Shown: piece by piece, positions 39,815 through 47,997 of the stretch | Numbering within the stretch: the stretch's first letter is position 1 | How the letters are laid out: each line of letters opens with the position of its first letter | Assembly: GCA_044221725.1 (NCBI GenBank) | Contig: JBGAON010000004.1 | Span: forward strand, 128,001-192,000 | Length of the DNA: 64,000 nucleotides | DNA from: Elusimicrobiota bacterium | GTDB taxonomy: Bacteria > Elusimicrobiota > Elusimicrobia > F11 | Direction: 5' to 3' | Notes under the pieces: model-generated | Told to the model about the DNA's origin: nothing | The model's input: the letters and a program-made list of their open reading frames with translations, nothing else | Database searches by the model: none | Program-made: the position numbers and the translations under genes

Positions 39815-40539
39815 TTTTCGCTCCGTGCCACCGCAATAAATAATTCCTCCATGGTCTTTACTCCGCGTTGAGCCGGCAATTCTTTTGGATTCCCTTCGAG
39901 CAGAATTTTTCCGTGGGATAGAATCAGCACGCGGTCGCAGACGTCTTCCACTTCGTACATGTTGTGGGATGTCCAAAGGATTCCCGTCGAACATTTTTTT
40001 GCGATGTCGCTGATCTGAACGCGCAGCTCAGCCGCGATCGCCGGGTCGAGCGAAGCGGTTGGTTCATCAAGCAATAACAATCGCGGCCGATTTAAAAAAG
40101 CTTTCGCGAGGCTGACCCGCGTTTGTTCGCCGGACGACAACAAACCGCATTTGATCTTTCGAAAACGCGCGAGAGAAAATTGTTCCATTAGTTCCTCAAT
40201 ACGTTCGCGGAGGCGCGGCACGTTGTAAAGAAGACCAAACACGTGCAGGTTCTCGGCCACTGTTAGATTTCCGGGGAGCGGTGCGTACACGGCCGCAAAA
40301 TTCGTGGACTCGAGCGCTTGGCGGTGATGCGTGCGAATATTGAATCCCTCGATTTGAATTTCGCCGCTCGTCGGGGCGAGCACGCCAAGAACCATGTTGA
40401 TCGTGGTTGTTTTGCCGGCGCCGTTTGGACCCAGCAAGCCCACAATTTCATGTTCGTTTACATGAAACGAGACGCCTCCAACCGCCACCGTCGAACCGTA
40501 TTCTTTCCGAAGGTTTGAAACCGATAGTACCGCTGACAT
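39811..40539 (-). CDS. ABC transporter ATP-binding protein
   Basis: GPNGAGKTT, LSSGE, LDEPT. Confidence 0.93.
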   Translation of the reverse strand: MSAVLSVSNLRKEYGSTVAVGGVSFHVNEHEIVGLLGPNGAGKTTTINMVLGVLAPTSGEIQIEGFNIRTHHRQALESTNFAAVYAPLPGNLTVAENLHVFGLLYNVPRLRERIEELMEQFSLARFRKIKCGLLSSGEQTRVSLAKAFLNRPRLLLLDEPTASLDPAIAAELRVQISDIAKKCSTGILWTSHNMYEVEDVCDRVLILSHGKILLEGNPKELPAQRGVKTMEELFIAVARSEK

Positions 40540-40574
40540 GTGCGTGTCATGATACAAAGCCAAACAAATTTTGA

Positions 40575-40895
40575 TTACACGTCGAACTCTTGCCTCGATT
40601 TCGGTTCAATCTGTTCGAGTTCGGCCAGTTCGTCGTTTTGACGGTCTCCTTCGCCTTCTTGGTTTGTGGGACCACGCCCGCTTTGCACGCCTTGCGGATT
40701 TTTGATGTCGGCCACCGGATCGGTGTCCGGTTGGCCGGTTTCCATCGCCGTGAAAGCCGCGGACGAGGACGGCCATTTGGTCTCGGCCGCCGGGATTTCC
40801 CAGGTTTCTTGCATGCCAATCGGCAGCGATTCGGATTTGAGATTCGTCATGTGCTTCGCGGATTTTTTCTTATGGGTTTTTGTTCGATTTTTCAT
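40575..40895 (-). CDS. Small hydrophilic hypothetical protein
   Basis: AGGAGG RBS and ECF-type promoter. Confidence 0.6.
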   Translation of the reverse strand: MKNRTKTHKKKSAKHMTNLKSESLPIGMQETWEIPAAETKWPSSSAAFTAMETGQPDTDPVADIKNPQGVQSGRGPTNQEGEGDRQNDELAELEQIEPKSRQEFDV

Positions 40896-40922
40896 TTGTT
40901 CCTCCTTCGTTCTTACTCTATT

Positions 40923-40977
40923 TACGGCGTCGATAGCCGGAGGTTCTTAGGTCAAACGGAACACGGAATTATTCGTA
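40923..40977. promoter_or_regulatory. Back-to-back ECF-type promoters
   Basis: Minus AGAAC-N16-CGTA (40923-40947); plus CAAAC-N16-CGTA (40953-40977). Confidence 0.6.
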
Positions 40978-41019
40978 ATGGAGGAATAGAGTGTTCAGCC
41001 TTTAAAAGAGGAGGATCTC

Positions 41020-41331
41020 ATGGAGGACTTAAATAAGACGAAGGGAAATTGGTCGCGCAAACAAACCCGTTTTCCGGAAGAACCGCTCTCAAAACAGCGT
41101 GCGCAGCCGTACGAGGGAGATGACCAAAAGCCCGCCATGGAAGATGGGGCGGGCAACGAAGTGAACCCCAATCTGGAGCCGGATCGAAACACGCCGTTGG
41201 CCGACGTAAAAGAACGATCCATTCCTTACGATGAGATCGGTAAAACGGACGCCGAAATTCGCAAAAGACGCGGAACCGCTCAGCAAGAGCCGGGCCCCAA
41301 TCCCGGAGCCACCCCGACCGACGGTTCGTAG
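41020..41331 (+). CDS. Small hydrophilic, likely disordered hypothetical protein
   Basis: GAGGAGG RBS and ECF-type promoter. Confidence 0.65.
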   Translation: MEDLNKTKGNWSRKQTRFPEEPLSKQRAQPYEGDDQKPAMEDGAGNEVNPNLEPDRNTPLADVKERSIPYDEIGKTDAEIRKRRGTAQQEPGPNPGATPTDGS

Positions 41332-41378
41332 CCGTTCGATCGCCGGATCGATACTCTCCGATCGCCTTGCCGGAAAGT

Positions 41379-41912
41379 CTAAATTTGCAGCTTTGGTCGA
41401 GCGAATAGCTCGCGCGCCACCGGTGTGAACGGATGCTCTTTCCTGCCACTCGTTGTGATGTGAATGACGGTCCATCCTTCTGATTTAAGGCGATCCGAAA
41501 TCAAACCGCGGTGGCAGCGCCACCACACCGCTTCGGAACACATGTACGCCGTTGGTTTTTCTCTCGCCAATTCTTTCAACTCTTCGAGCGCATTTGAAAA
41601 TTCTGGACCATCCATGTAATCGGCGTAGCCACGGAACGCGGCGTTTCGCCATTCGGAGTGTTTCGAATCGGGTTTTGGTTTGCGGCGCCCGCCGAGCGCG
41701 GGCATCCATTTGTAATCGATCCCGCTGTTGGGAAGCGCGCGCTCCATCGCTTCGCGACCGACGTGCGGATACCGCCGCGAACCGGGGAAGCTGCGTACGT
41801 CAACCAATGTCTGGATGCCGTTGGACTTGAGCATCGCCACAAACGTTTCCCACGTCAATGTGGAATGTCCGACAGTAAAAATGGTCTGCGATTCGGTTTT
41901 CGTAGCATCCAT
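41379..41912 (-). CDS. DUF488 family protein
   Basis: IFTVGHST, DVRSFP.SR, LGGRR, MCSE...WRCHR. Confidence 0.9.
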   Translation of the reverse strand: MDATKTESQTIFTVGHSTLTWETFVAMLKSNGIQTLVDVRSFPGSRRYPHVGREAMERALPNSGIDYKWMPALGGRRKPKPDSKHSEWRNAAFRGYADYMDGPEFSNALEELKELAREKPTAYMCSEAVWWRCHRGLISDRLKSEGWTVIHITTSGRKEHPFTPVARELFARPKLQI

Positions 41913-41943
41913 AAAAATATTCTATCAGCGGAGCGCGGGCAGC

Positions 41944-42278
41944 GTTTCTGTCATTCGTGCTAAAAAGTTTCGGTGGCGCTTATGTTCCCGTTGTCTTATT
42001 CATGGCGAAGGCGCTCAAGTTAACGAAGGGAACGCTCAAATATCATTTCACTGACAAGGTGGGCGGAGGAAAACACAAACGCGGTTTCTGCGCCGACGGC
42101 GGTTCCCGCATCACCGGCGCGGAAGGCGAACAACCAGGACGGTTCGTCGCCGTCGCCGCGTCGAGCCTTGATGACCCATAATCTTCGAACCCCGCACGAC
42201 ATTTTTGTTTCCCACGCGGAACCGTGGGACTTCATGAATCCCAAACTGCCGAAGCATAACGAATTCCCGCCAAAATAG
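41944..42278 (+). pseudogene. Degraded GFA/CENP-V family gene
   Basis: Fragments FCHSC / GGAY..., RGFCADGGSRI...SSLDDP* / DIFVSHAEPWD in different frames with an internal stop; no start. Confidence 0.65.
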
Positions 42279-42307
42279 TTTTTGTCCACGCGCGACCACG
42301 CATTCAT

Positions 42308-42483
42308 GTCGCATATCATTGCTGCATTCCCTTCCGATTTCACCGCGTTTCCGTCGCATATCATTTCCTCGAAAATCGAATCAGCAGCATTCTCAAGACT
42401 TTTCACAAATTTGTCATTGAATATTTAGCGCACTACCACCATTCTAGCTTCATGCCAAAATTGACGTATAAGATATGTTAGGC
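42308..42483 (+). promoter_or_regulatory. Candidate integron attI region
   Basis: Core GTTAGGC at 42477 with no upstream RYYYAAC/attC hairpin; 13-bp direct repeats gtcgcatatcatt at 42308 and 42353; AT-rich. Confidence 0.55.
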
Positions 42484-42488
42484 GTCTG

Positions 42489-43136
42489 GTGATGGAGCGA
42501 AAAATGGTCAAAGTCGTTCGAGTCGCGATCGTAGGCTTTTTTTCTTTATCGGCATCGGTGATCTTTTGTTACGAGTTTCGTCCGCCGCAAGGAAAGCATG
42601 TCCAGGCGCCGATCGCCCACCCTATCGAAAGTCTTGAGCCGAAGAATCTGGAACCTGAGTCAGGGATTCGAAAAATTAATTTCGAGCAGTTTCTCATCGA
42701 CTCCGAAGGGTTGCAGGGGTTACCGGCAAAGTTTGGTGAAGATCCGGATAAAGTCTCTCCAATCAAAGGACTCAATGTCGAATATGCGGATCTAACCGGG
42801 GACGGAGAGGAAGAAGCAGTCGTTGAGGCGACCACTATTGCAATGGGAAATGGCGGGGCGGACATCGTCAGAATTTTCACCTTGGACAAGAAGAATGTTC
42901 CTGCCGAGCTAAAAGTCGACAACTCTGGGTTTAAGGGGAATCTATTTGAAGGCCAACATCACTCCACCCCTCGCCTCGGAATTAAGAATGGAAAGTTGAC
43001 ATGTTGGTATCCGATGTATGGGGTGAACGAAAAGAAACCCAAAGCCGGTTGGACCCGAAATATAATCTACAGATGGAGCGGCAGTCAATTTGTAATAGAT
43101 CAGGTCAATGATGTTCCACCATCAGAAAACAAATAA
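42489..43136 (+). CDS. Cassette-encoded secreted hypothetical protein
   Basis: Signal-like N-term; DLTGDGEEEAVV motif; bounded by core site and attC. Confidence 0.75.
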   Translation: MMERKMVKVVRVAIVGFFSLSASVIFCYEFRPPQGKHVQAPIAHPIESLEPKNLEPESGIRKINFEQFLIDSEGLQGLPAKFGEDPDKVSPIKGLNVEYADLTGDGEEEAVVEATTIAMGNGGADIVRIFTLDKKNVPAELKVDNSGFKGNLFEGQHHSTPRLGIKNGKLTCWYPMYGVNEKKPKAGWTRNIIYRWSGSQFVIDQVNDVPPSENK

Positions 43137-43144
43137 GCGAAGAC

Positions 43145-43211
43145 GCCTAACCAGCGGCTGCACCCGACTCGCCCCGCCAGCGGGCTCGCGGGTGAGCCTT
43201 ATACGTTAGCC
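43145..43211 (+). repeat. attC site (family A)
   Basis: gcctaac...cggctgcacccgactcgccccgccagcgggctcgcgggtgagcc...gttagcc. Confidence 0.9.
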
Positions 43212-43736
43212 GCCTTTGGGTTGCTCCAGCGCACCAGAGGCAAAACCAATTGGTTTTTTTCTTTTTGAAAAAGGAACCACGAGTTTTCTGATTGCTTTGA
43301 ATACGAGCTTGAACTGTTTATCGAACTTGGCCTCAAGCTCGTCGATACGTTGAACAAGGCGTTCGTTTGAAAAGATGACTTCGCGGAGTCGCACAAACGC
43401 CCGCACAATTGAAATGTTAACGGCGACTGCCCGTGGACTGTGAAGAACGCTAGCAAGCATGGCCACTCCTTGTTCGGTAAAGGCGTAGGGCAAATGACCG
43501 CCAAGGCTTTGACGGGAAGGTATCACAGAATGTGATACCAGAAAATCCACTTCTTTATCGGTTAGCTGAAACATGAAGTCGGTGGGAAAGCGTACTTGAT
43601 TTCGTTTCACTTGCTGCCTAAGCGCAATGGGTTTCACTTGGTACAACTTGGCAAGATCACGGTCCAACATAACGGGAACACCACGAATGACAAGAATGCA
43701 TTGCTGCACGTTTTCTAATGGAATTATCGAGTGCAC
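43206..43736 (-). CDS. ORF6N (KilA-N-like) DNA-binding protein, inverted cassette
   Basis: IRG..VMLD.DLA.LY, V.RN..RFP.DFMFQL, PYAFTEQGVAML..VL.S, KPIGF. Confidence 0.92.
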   Translation of the reverse strand: MHSIIPLENVQQCILVIRGVPVMLDRDLAKLYQVKPIALRQQVKRNQVRFPTDFMFQLTDKEVDFLVSHSVIPSRQSLGGHLPYAFTEQGVAMLASVLHSPRAVAVNISIVRAFVRLREVIFSNERLVQRIDELEAKFDKQFKLVFKAIRKLVVPFSKRKKPIGFASGALEQPKGG

Positions 43737-43806
43737 GGCACTATCCTTAGCTTTTGCGGAGGGAAGCAGATTTGAGGGGCTCAGATCCTACAAAATCATG
43801 GCAGGC

Positions 43807-43820
43807 GGCTAACAAATCGT
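43807..43820 (+). repeat. Left half of attC (family B), interrupted by IS
   Basis: ggctaacaaatcgt matches start of attC at 46534 and 47411. Confidence 0.75.
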
Positions 43821-44185
43821 CAGACCGGGGAAAAAGTCCAATTGAAATGAAGCCGCAGTCATCCCGAATGGGAGCGATCGGAATTTTTCTCGAACTTACC
43901 GCTAACTTACTGCCGCTACCAGTCTCTGAACTCCCAGAATGTTAATCGCTCGCCTCAAGTTGTAACTGAAAACAGACAACGCCATCTCTCCACGCACGTT
44001 TGGCAGTCCTCTCATTAAGAAGTAACCGTGATCCCACCAGCGTTTGAGCGTCCCGAACGGATGTTCGACAATTTCTCGACGGCGCTTCATGATGTCCGGC
44101 CATGCTTTCACTCTCTCGCGCATGCGATCAAGAACATCTTCGTGAATCCAACGAGTAATGCGCCGTTGGTCCCCGCGTGTACATT
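43821..44185 (-). mobile_element. IS1182-family remnant (3' end of transposase and right end)
   Basis: RR..VEHPFGTLK...FLMRGL..V.GE..L....YNLRR; end cagaccggggaaaaag abuts half attC. Confidence 0.8.
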
Positions 44186-44259
44186 TGACCTTCCCCCTGA
44201 AAACTGTCGCGATTGCAGCTTGAGTCTCCGGGTGCTAGAAAGCACGAAAGGAGATGAAC

Positions 44260-44526
44260 ATGACGAGGAAGCGATACACCGAAGAGCAGATCATTGCGGT
44301 GCTGAAGGAAGGCCAGGCGGGAGTTAAACCGGCAGAACTGTGCCGGAAGCACGGGATGAGCGAGCAAACCTATTACGCCTGGAAATCAAAGTACGGCGGC
44401 CTGGAAGTGAGCGATTTGAGGCGGCTGAAAGCGTTGGAAGACGAAAACCGAAAGCTGAAACATCTCGTGGCGGACCTGACGCTGGACGTCCGCGCGTTAA
44501 AGGCGATTAACGAAAAAAACTGGTAA
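44260..44526 (+). CDS. IS3 transposase OrfA (HTH)
   Basis: RYTEEQII..L, ELCRKHG.SE.TYY.WK.KYGG. Confidence 0.92.
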   Translation: MTRKRYTEEQIIAVLKEGQAGVKPAELCRKHGMSEQTYYAWKSKYGGLEVSDLRRLKALEDENRKLKHLVADLTLDVRALKAINEKNW

Positions 44527-44549
44527 AGCCCAAGGCGAAGAGAAAGGCG

Positions 44550-45365
44550 GTGGAGTTCGCCGCTGAGAGCTTTGGGCTGAGCTTAAGACGAGCTTGTCGG
44601 CTGGTGGACATGTGGTTGTCATCGTATCGATATTTACCTAGGCCGACGAACGATGAGACGCTTCGCAACCGAATGAAAGAGCTGGCGGAACAACGGCGGC
44701 GTTTTGGGTGTCCGCGATTACACGTGATGCTCAAGCGCGAGAATCTGGTGGTCAATCACAAACGGACGGAGCGGATTTATCGAGAGGAGAAGCTGTCGCT
44801 TCGTCTGAAGAAACGGAAGCGGCGGCCCGCGGCAGCGCGGATTGAACTGCCGAAACCGGAGCGGCCGAACCAGCGGTGGTCGATGGACTTCGTGCACGAC
44901 GCGTTGTGGTCGGGACGAAAGTTTCGAGCATTAACGATTGTGGATGATTGCTCGCGGGAATGTCCGGCGATTGAAGTGGACACATCGATCGGTGGTAAGC
45001 GTGTTTGTCGTGTTCTGGACCGGTTGGCTGAGATGCGCGGTTTACCGGAAGTGATCACGATGGACAACGGGCCGGAATTCATCGGCAAAGCGTTGGATCA
45101 ATGGGCATATGAGAAAGGCGTGAAGCTGCACTTCATTCAGCCTGGCAAGCCCACACAGAATGCTTACGTGGAAAGCTTCAACGGGAAGTTTCGGGACGAA
45201 TGCTTAAACGACAACTGGTTCACGACAATGCAGCAGGCGAAAAGTATCATTGAAACATGGCGGCGAGATTACAACGAAGCACGGCCTCACAGCTCGTTGG
45301 GCGATCTTTCACCCAGCGAATTCTTGAAGAAAATCGAAGTTAAAAATACGGAAAGACTCCAGTAG
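44550..45365 (+). CDS. IS3 transposase OrfB (DDE), probably expressed by -1 frameshift
   Basis: WSMDF, DNGPEF, PGKPTQNAYVESFNG; AAAAAAAC at 44513-44520. Confidence 0.93.
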   Translation: MEFAAESFGLSLRRACRLVDMWLSSYRYLPRPTNDETLRNRMKELAEQRRRFGCPRLHVMLKRENLVVNHKRTERIYREEKLSLRLKKRKRRPAAARIELPKPERPNQRWSMDFVHDALWSGRKFRALTIVDDCSRECPAIEVDTSIGGKRVCRVLDRLAEMRGLPEVITMDNGPEFIGKALDQWAYEKGVKLHFIQPGKPTQNAYVESFNGKFRDECLNDNWFTTMQQAKSIIETWRRDYNEARPHSSLGDLSPSEFLKKIEVKNTERLQ

Positions 45366-45518
45366 GCTTTGTGACAGAAGACGGGGGAAGGTCAGCGAGT
45401 CTTTTTTTTCTGGCCTGATTTTCTCGAGCTTTCCTTCTATCCTTCCTTTATACGACCGCCTCTTCGGCGGTCATTATGCCTAGGCATCTTATCACTCGAA
45501 ACATTTGGAGGGTAAAAA

Positions 45519-45914
45519 TTGAGAAGAAACGCCATTTTTCTTTACGTGTCTGTATGTTGCCTTCCTTTCTCTGTATCGGCCGCCGAGAAAAAAATCACCA
45601 CTCAATATGAAATGACCCAGAACTCTTGCCGCGAATTCAAAGAAGTAGATCTGGAACTGACTCAAGTTTATAACCAGGTTATTGAAAATAATAAAACGCA
45701 AGAAGTCTTCATCCGGAATTTAAAAAAGGCCGAAAACTCGTGGATCAAATACCGCGATTCTCATCTATCCTCAGTTTATTCCGACCCCGCAGAGAACTAC
45801 GGTTCTGTTCACCCCATGTGTGTTTGCCTGCTTAAAACAGAAATGACGAAATCCCGCATTTCAGAACTCAAGAGATTTCTAGAAGTTACTGAAGGGGATG
45901 TTTGTGGTTATTGA
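45519..45914 (+). CDS. LprI/DUF1311 lysozyme-inhibitor-like secreted protein (cassette)
   Basis: GGAGG RBS; TQ.EM..C, D.EL..VY, L..AE..WI.YRD, C...T..RI.EL. Confidence 0.85.
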   Translation: MRRNAIFLYVSVCCLPFSVSAAEKKITTQYEMTQNSCREFKEVDLELTQVYNQVIENNKTQEVFIRNLKKAENSWIKYRDSHLSSVYSDPAENYGSVHPMCVCLLKTEMTKSRISELKRFLEVTEGDVCGY

Positions 45915-45922
45915 CCGTGGAG

Positions 45923-45991
45923 GCTGAACTAGCGGCTGCAGCCGACTCACCCCGCTAGCGCGGGGTTCGCGGCTGAGCTTCTACGTTATGC
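45923..45991 (+). repeat. attC site (family A)
   Basis: gctgaac...cggctgcagccgactcaccccgctagcgcggggttcgcggctgagc...gttatgc. Confidence 0.85.
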
Positions 45992-46234
45992 CGCAAAGCG
46001 ATGAAGTAATTCTGAAACAAGTGATTGATACGGAACGTGTAATTTTTTGGCTTTATCTTGAATACTTTTTAGGTCATGGCGGTTAATACGAATGCTTAAC
46101 ACGGCATCCTTCTTTCGTCGTTCTATGGCACTAGCGATTTCTGATAGCTCGACTTTGGAGACGGGTTTAAACTCACCTCGAACCAAGGCATTCTCAAGCG
46201 CTCTTTCGTCCTTCCCTAATTTCATTCTTCTCAT
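45986..46234 (-). CDS. BrnA/CopG-like (RHH) antitoxin
   Basis: KD..LSIRI...DL..I..KA....VPYQSL...LLH. Confidence 0.85.
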   Translation of the reverse strand: MRRMKLGKDERALENALVRGEFKPVSKVELSEIASAIERRKKDAVLSIRINRHDLKSIQDKAKKLHVPYQSLVSELLHRFAA

Positions 46235-46491
46235 TAGATTTCACCTTTCTTCCACATCCGCGTATATTTTCGGCTGGGAAATATTGTTTTCAGAAATAAT
46301 TCACCTTCTGCTTCGACGTAAGGAACAACCCAAATATAGGCGCCGTATTCGAATAGAAGTAATTTCTGATTTGGTCGTTGGGGATGCTGGAGCGCTGTAA
46401 TGAGCCGAGCGCGAATAATCTCTTCGAAGGAAACGCCGCGCTCCGATTTAAGCTTTTCGCTCTTCTCCAGATCCCAACGGACGTGTTTCAT
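46234..46491 (-). CDS. BrnT-like toxin
   Basis: WD.EK...LK.ERGVSFEEI, VVPYV, FLKTIFPSRK. Confidence 0.88.
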   Translation of the reverse strand: MKHVRWDLEKSEKLKSERGVSFEEIIRARLITALQHPQRPNQKLLLFEYGAYIWVVPYVEAEGELFLKTIFPSRKYTRMWKKGEI

Positions 46492-46498
46492 TCATAAA

Positions 46499-46521
46499 GC
46501 GTATTACAAATGTACATACGC
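46499..46521 (-). promoter_or_regulatory. TA promoter with palindromic operator
   Basis: gcgtat...atacgc inverted repeat overlapping TTGCTG-N17-TACGCT on minus strand. Confidence 0.6.
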
Positions 46522-46533
46522 AGCAATGTTGCG

Positions 46534-46594
46534 GCATAACAAATCGTTGCAGCGGCCGCCACACAGCGGCGCCGCTGAACTTTAGACGTTAGGC
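46534..46594 (+). repeat. attC site (family B)
   Basis: gcataacaaatcgttgcagcggccgccacacagcggcgccgctgaactttagacgttaggc. Confidence 0.9.
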
Positions 46595-47122
46595 ACATTT
46601 GAATCCTATCTGTCTTGGCCGCTTAGGAGGTAAAGCCATTAAACTTCGGATTGCTTCAAAGATCTCTCGCATCTGCAAGTCGTGGTTTTCAACTTTCTTC
46701 TCTAGTTGGTCAATTTTCTTGGCGAGCTCCTTATGGGACGCAATTAATTCTCGAAGGCGAACAAATGCCCGCATGATTTCCACGTTTACTTTTATGGCGC
46801 GCTGGCTGTTCAATACCCCGGATAACATAGCCACTCCTTCCTGTGTAAAAACCTTAGGTAAATACTTCGCGTGTTGCCCACGCTTTAAGGTTCCAAATTG
46901 GAACCTTAAAGAACGGTATTCGTCCTTCGTTAACTCAAACATAAAGTCGGATGGGAATCTGCGAGCGTTGCGCTTTACAGCCTTATTTAGGTTCTTCGTT
47001 GCTACGCCATACAGCATGGCAAGGTCCGCATCCACCATTACTCTGTGACCTCGCACAAAAATAATAAGGGTGGCGAGTCTGTCGAATGTAGCCGGCACAG
47101 GAGTTAATTGATGAAAAAGCAA
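46589..47122 (-). CDS. Second ORF6N DNA-binding protein, inverted; start uncertain
   Basis: VRG.RVM.D.DLA.LYGV.T..LN.AVKRN..RFP.DFMF.L, FTQEGVAML, RQIGF. Confidence 0.9.
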   Translation of the reverse strand: MLFHQLTPVPATFDRLATLIIFVRGHRVMVDADLAMLYGVATKNLNKAVKRNARRFPSDFMFELTKDEYRSLRFQFGTLKRGQHAKYLPKVFTQEGVAMLSGVLNSQRAIKVNVEIMRAFVRLRELIASHKELAKKIDQLEKKVENHDLQMREIFEAIRSLMALPPKRPRQIGFKCA

Positions 47123-47404
47123 TTTGCAATGATCTTCACTATGGTCGTGGCGCTCGTGGGCTGCGGAAACAGAGACTTGAGGGGCACATTTAAAAAATCC
47201 TCGGACGGAAAAACATATTTAGCGATTGTTGACGACAATGGCGGTCAGTGTGGGCCGTTAAAAGTAGATGGAAAAATTTGGCCCTATAAACCAGATGAAT
47301 CGGGTCCCATTGCCGCTGGTAAGCACACGGTCGAGTGCGGCACGACCATTGACATCATCGTTCCCGATGGGGTTGTCTATAAGTTCGATTATTGGGGGCC
47401 ATAA
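47111..47404 (+). CDS. Small lipoprotein (cassette)
   Basis: AGGAG RBS; lipobox LVGC. Confidence 0.75.
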   Translation: MKKQFAMIFTMVVALVGCGNRDLRGTFKKSSDGKTYLAIVDDNGGQCGPLKVDGKIWPYKPDESGPIAAGKHTVECGTTIDIIVPDGVVYKFDYWGP

Positions 47405-47410
47405 TACGCC

Positions 47411-47471
47411 AGCTAACAAATCATCGCAGCGGATGCCACAAAGCGGTGCCGCTGAACTGTATAAGTTAGGC
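47411..47471 (+). repeat. attC site (family B)
   Basis: agctaacaaatcatcgcagcggatgccacaaagcggtgccgctgaactgtataagttaggc. Confidence 0.9.
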
Positions 47472-47485
47472 GTTTTGGAGGAAAC

Positions 47486-47869
47486 GTGACTGAAAAAGAA
47501 ATAGAAAATACACGCCAAAAGAAAGCGAGATATGTTTGGGCTTTTTTTGCTTCCCTTCTCCTACGCGTATGTCAAGAAATCAATAACCTCGTTTTCAACG
47601 ATTCGAAGACGGGCCAAGCTGTTATCAGCACGATTGGCATCCTTGTGGCCCTATTCACGTTTGTGGCTACGTGGCAGTTCTGTCGAGCACTTAAAGTAAA
47701 TAAGTTTGGTTCTTTTTTGAACGCGATGTTCTCTCCGTTCATATTCGTTCTTCAGGCAATTTTTCTTTTGCAGTTTTATGTCAAACGCACAGGTATCAAA
47801 CTCACATTTTTACTGGCCGACAAAATTGAGAACGCCCAACCGGCGGCTGCATCCGACTCGCCGCGCTAG
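47486..47869 (+). CDS. Small membrane protein (cassette)
   Basis: GGAGG RBS; about 3 hydrophobic segments; stop lies within attC. Confidence 0.7.
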   Translation: MTEKEIENTRQKKARYVWAFFASLLLRVCQEINNLVFNDSKTGQAVISTIGILVALFTFVATWQFCRALKVNKFGSFLNAMFSPFIFVLQAIFLLQFYVKRTGIKLTFLLADKIENAQPAAASDSPR

Positions 47870-47903
47870 CGCGGCGCTCGCGGGTGAACTTGAAGTGATT
47901 GGC
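47834..47903 (+). repeat. Terminal attC (family A) with mutated core (GAT for GTT)
   Basis: gcccaac...cggctgcatccgactcgccgcgctagcgcggcgctcgcgggtgaac...gattggc. Confidence 0.8.
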
Positions 47904-47997
47904 TTCACCTGCCTGTTCCGACAATTAATTTAAAAATCCGCTGATCTTAAACGCATTCCACTCTAAACTCCCTTAGAAGGTTTCTTTAGGAGGGAGT

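Larger units (their letters stand above)
44186..45394 (+). mobile_element. IS3-family insertion sequence, 1209 bp
   Basis: Terminal IRs TGACCTTCCCCC...GGGGGAAGGTCA; orfA/orfB with A7C slippery site. Confidence 0.95.
42477..47903 (+). mobile_element. Integron gene-cassette array without adjacent integrase
   Basis: Successive RYYYAAC...GTTRRRY attC hairpins; cassette ends complementary over 11-12 bp (gttaggcgtct/agacgcctaac, gttagccgcct/aggcggctaac, gttatgccgcaa/ttgcggcataac). Confidence 0.92.

Noticed and set aside
42020..42406. Minus-strand ORF as integrase remnant
   Set aside because: No tyrosine-recombinase motifs; antisense to the GFA pseudogene and attI repeats.
43145..47903. Spaced repeats as CRISPR array
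   Set aside because: Repeats are 60-70 bp imperfect hairpins separated by whole genes, with attC core sites; no cas genes.
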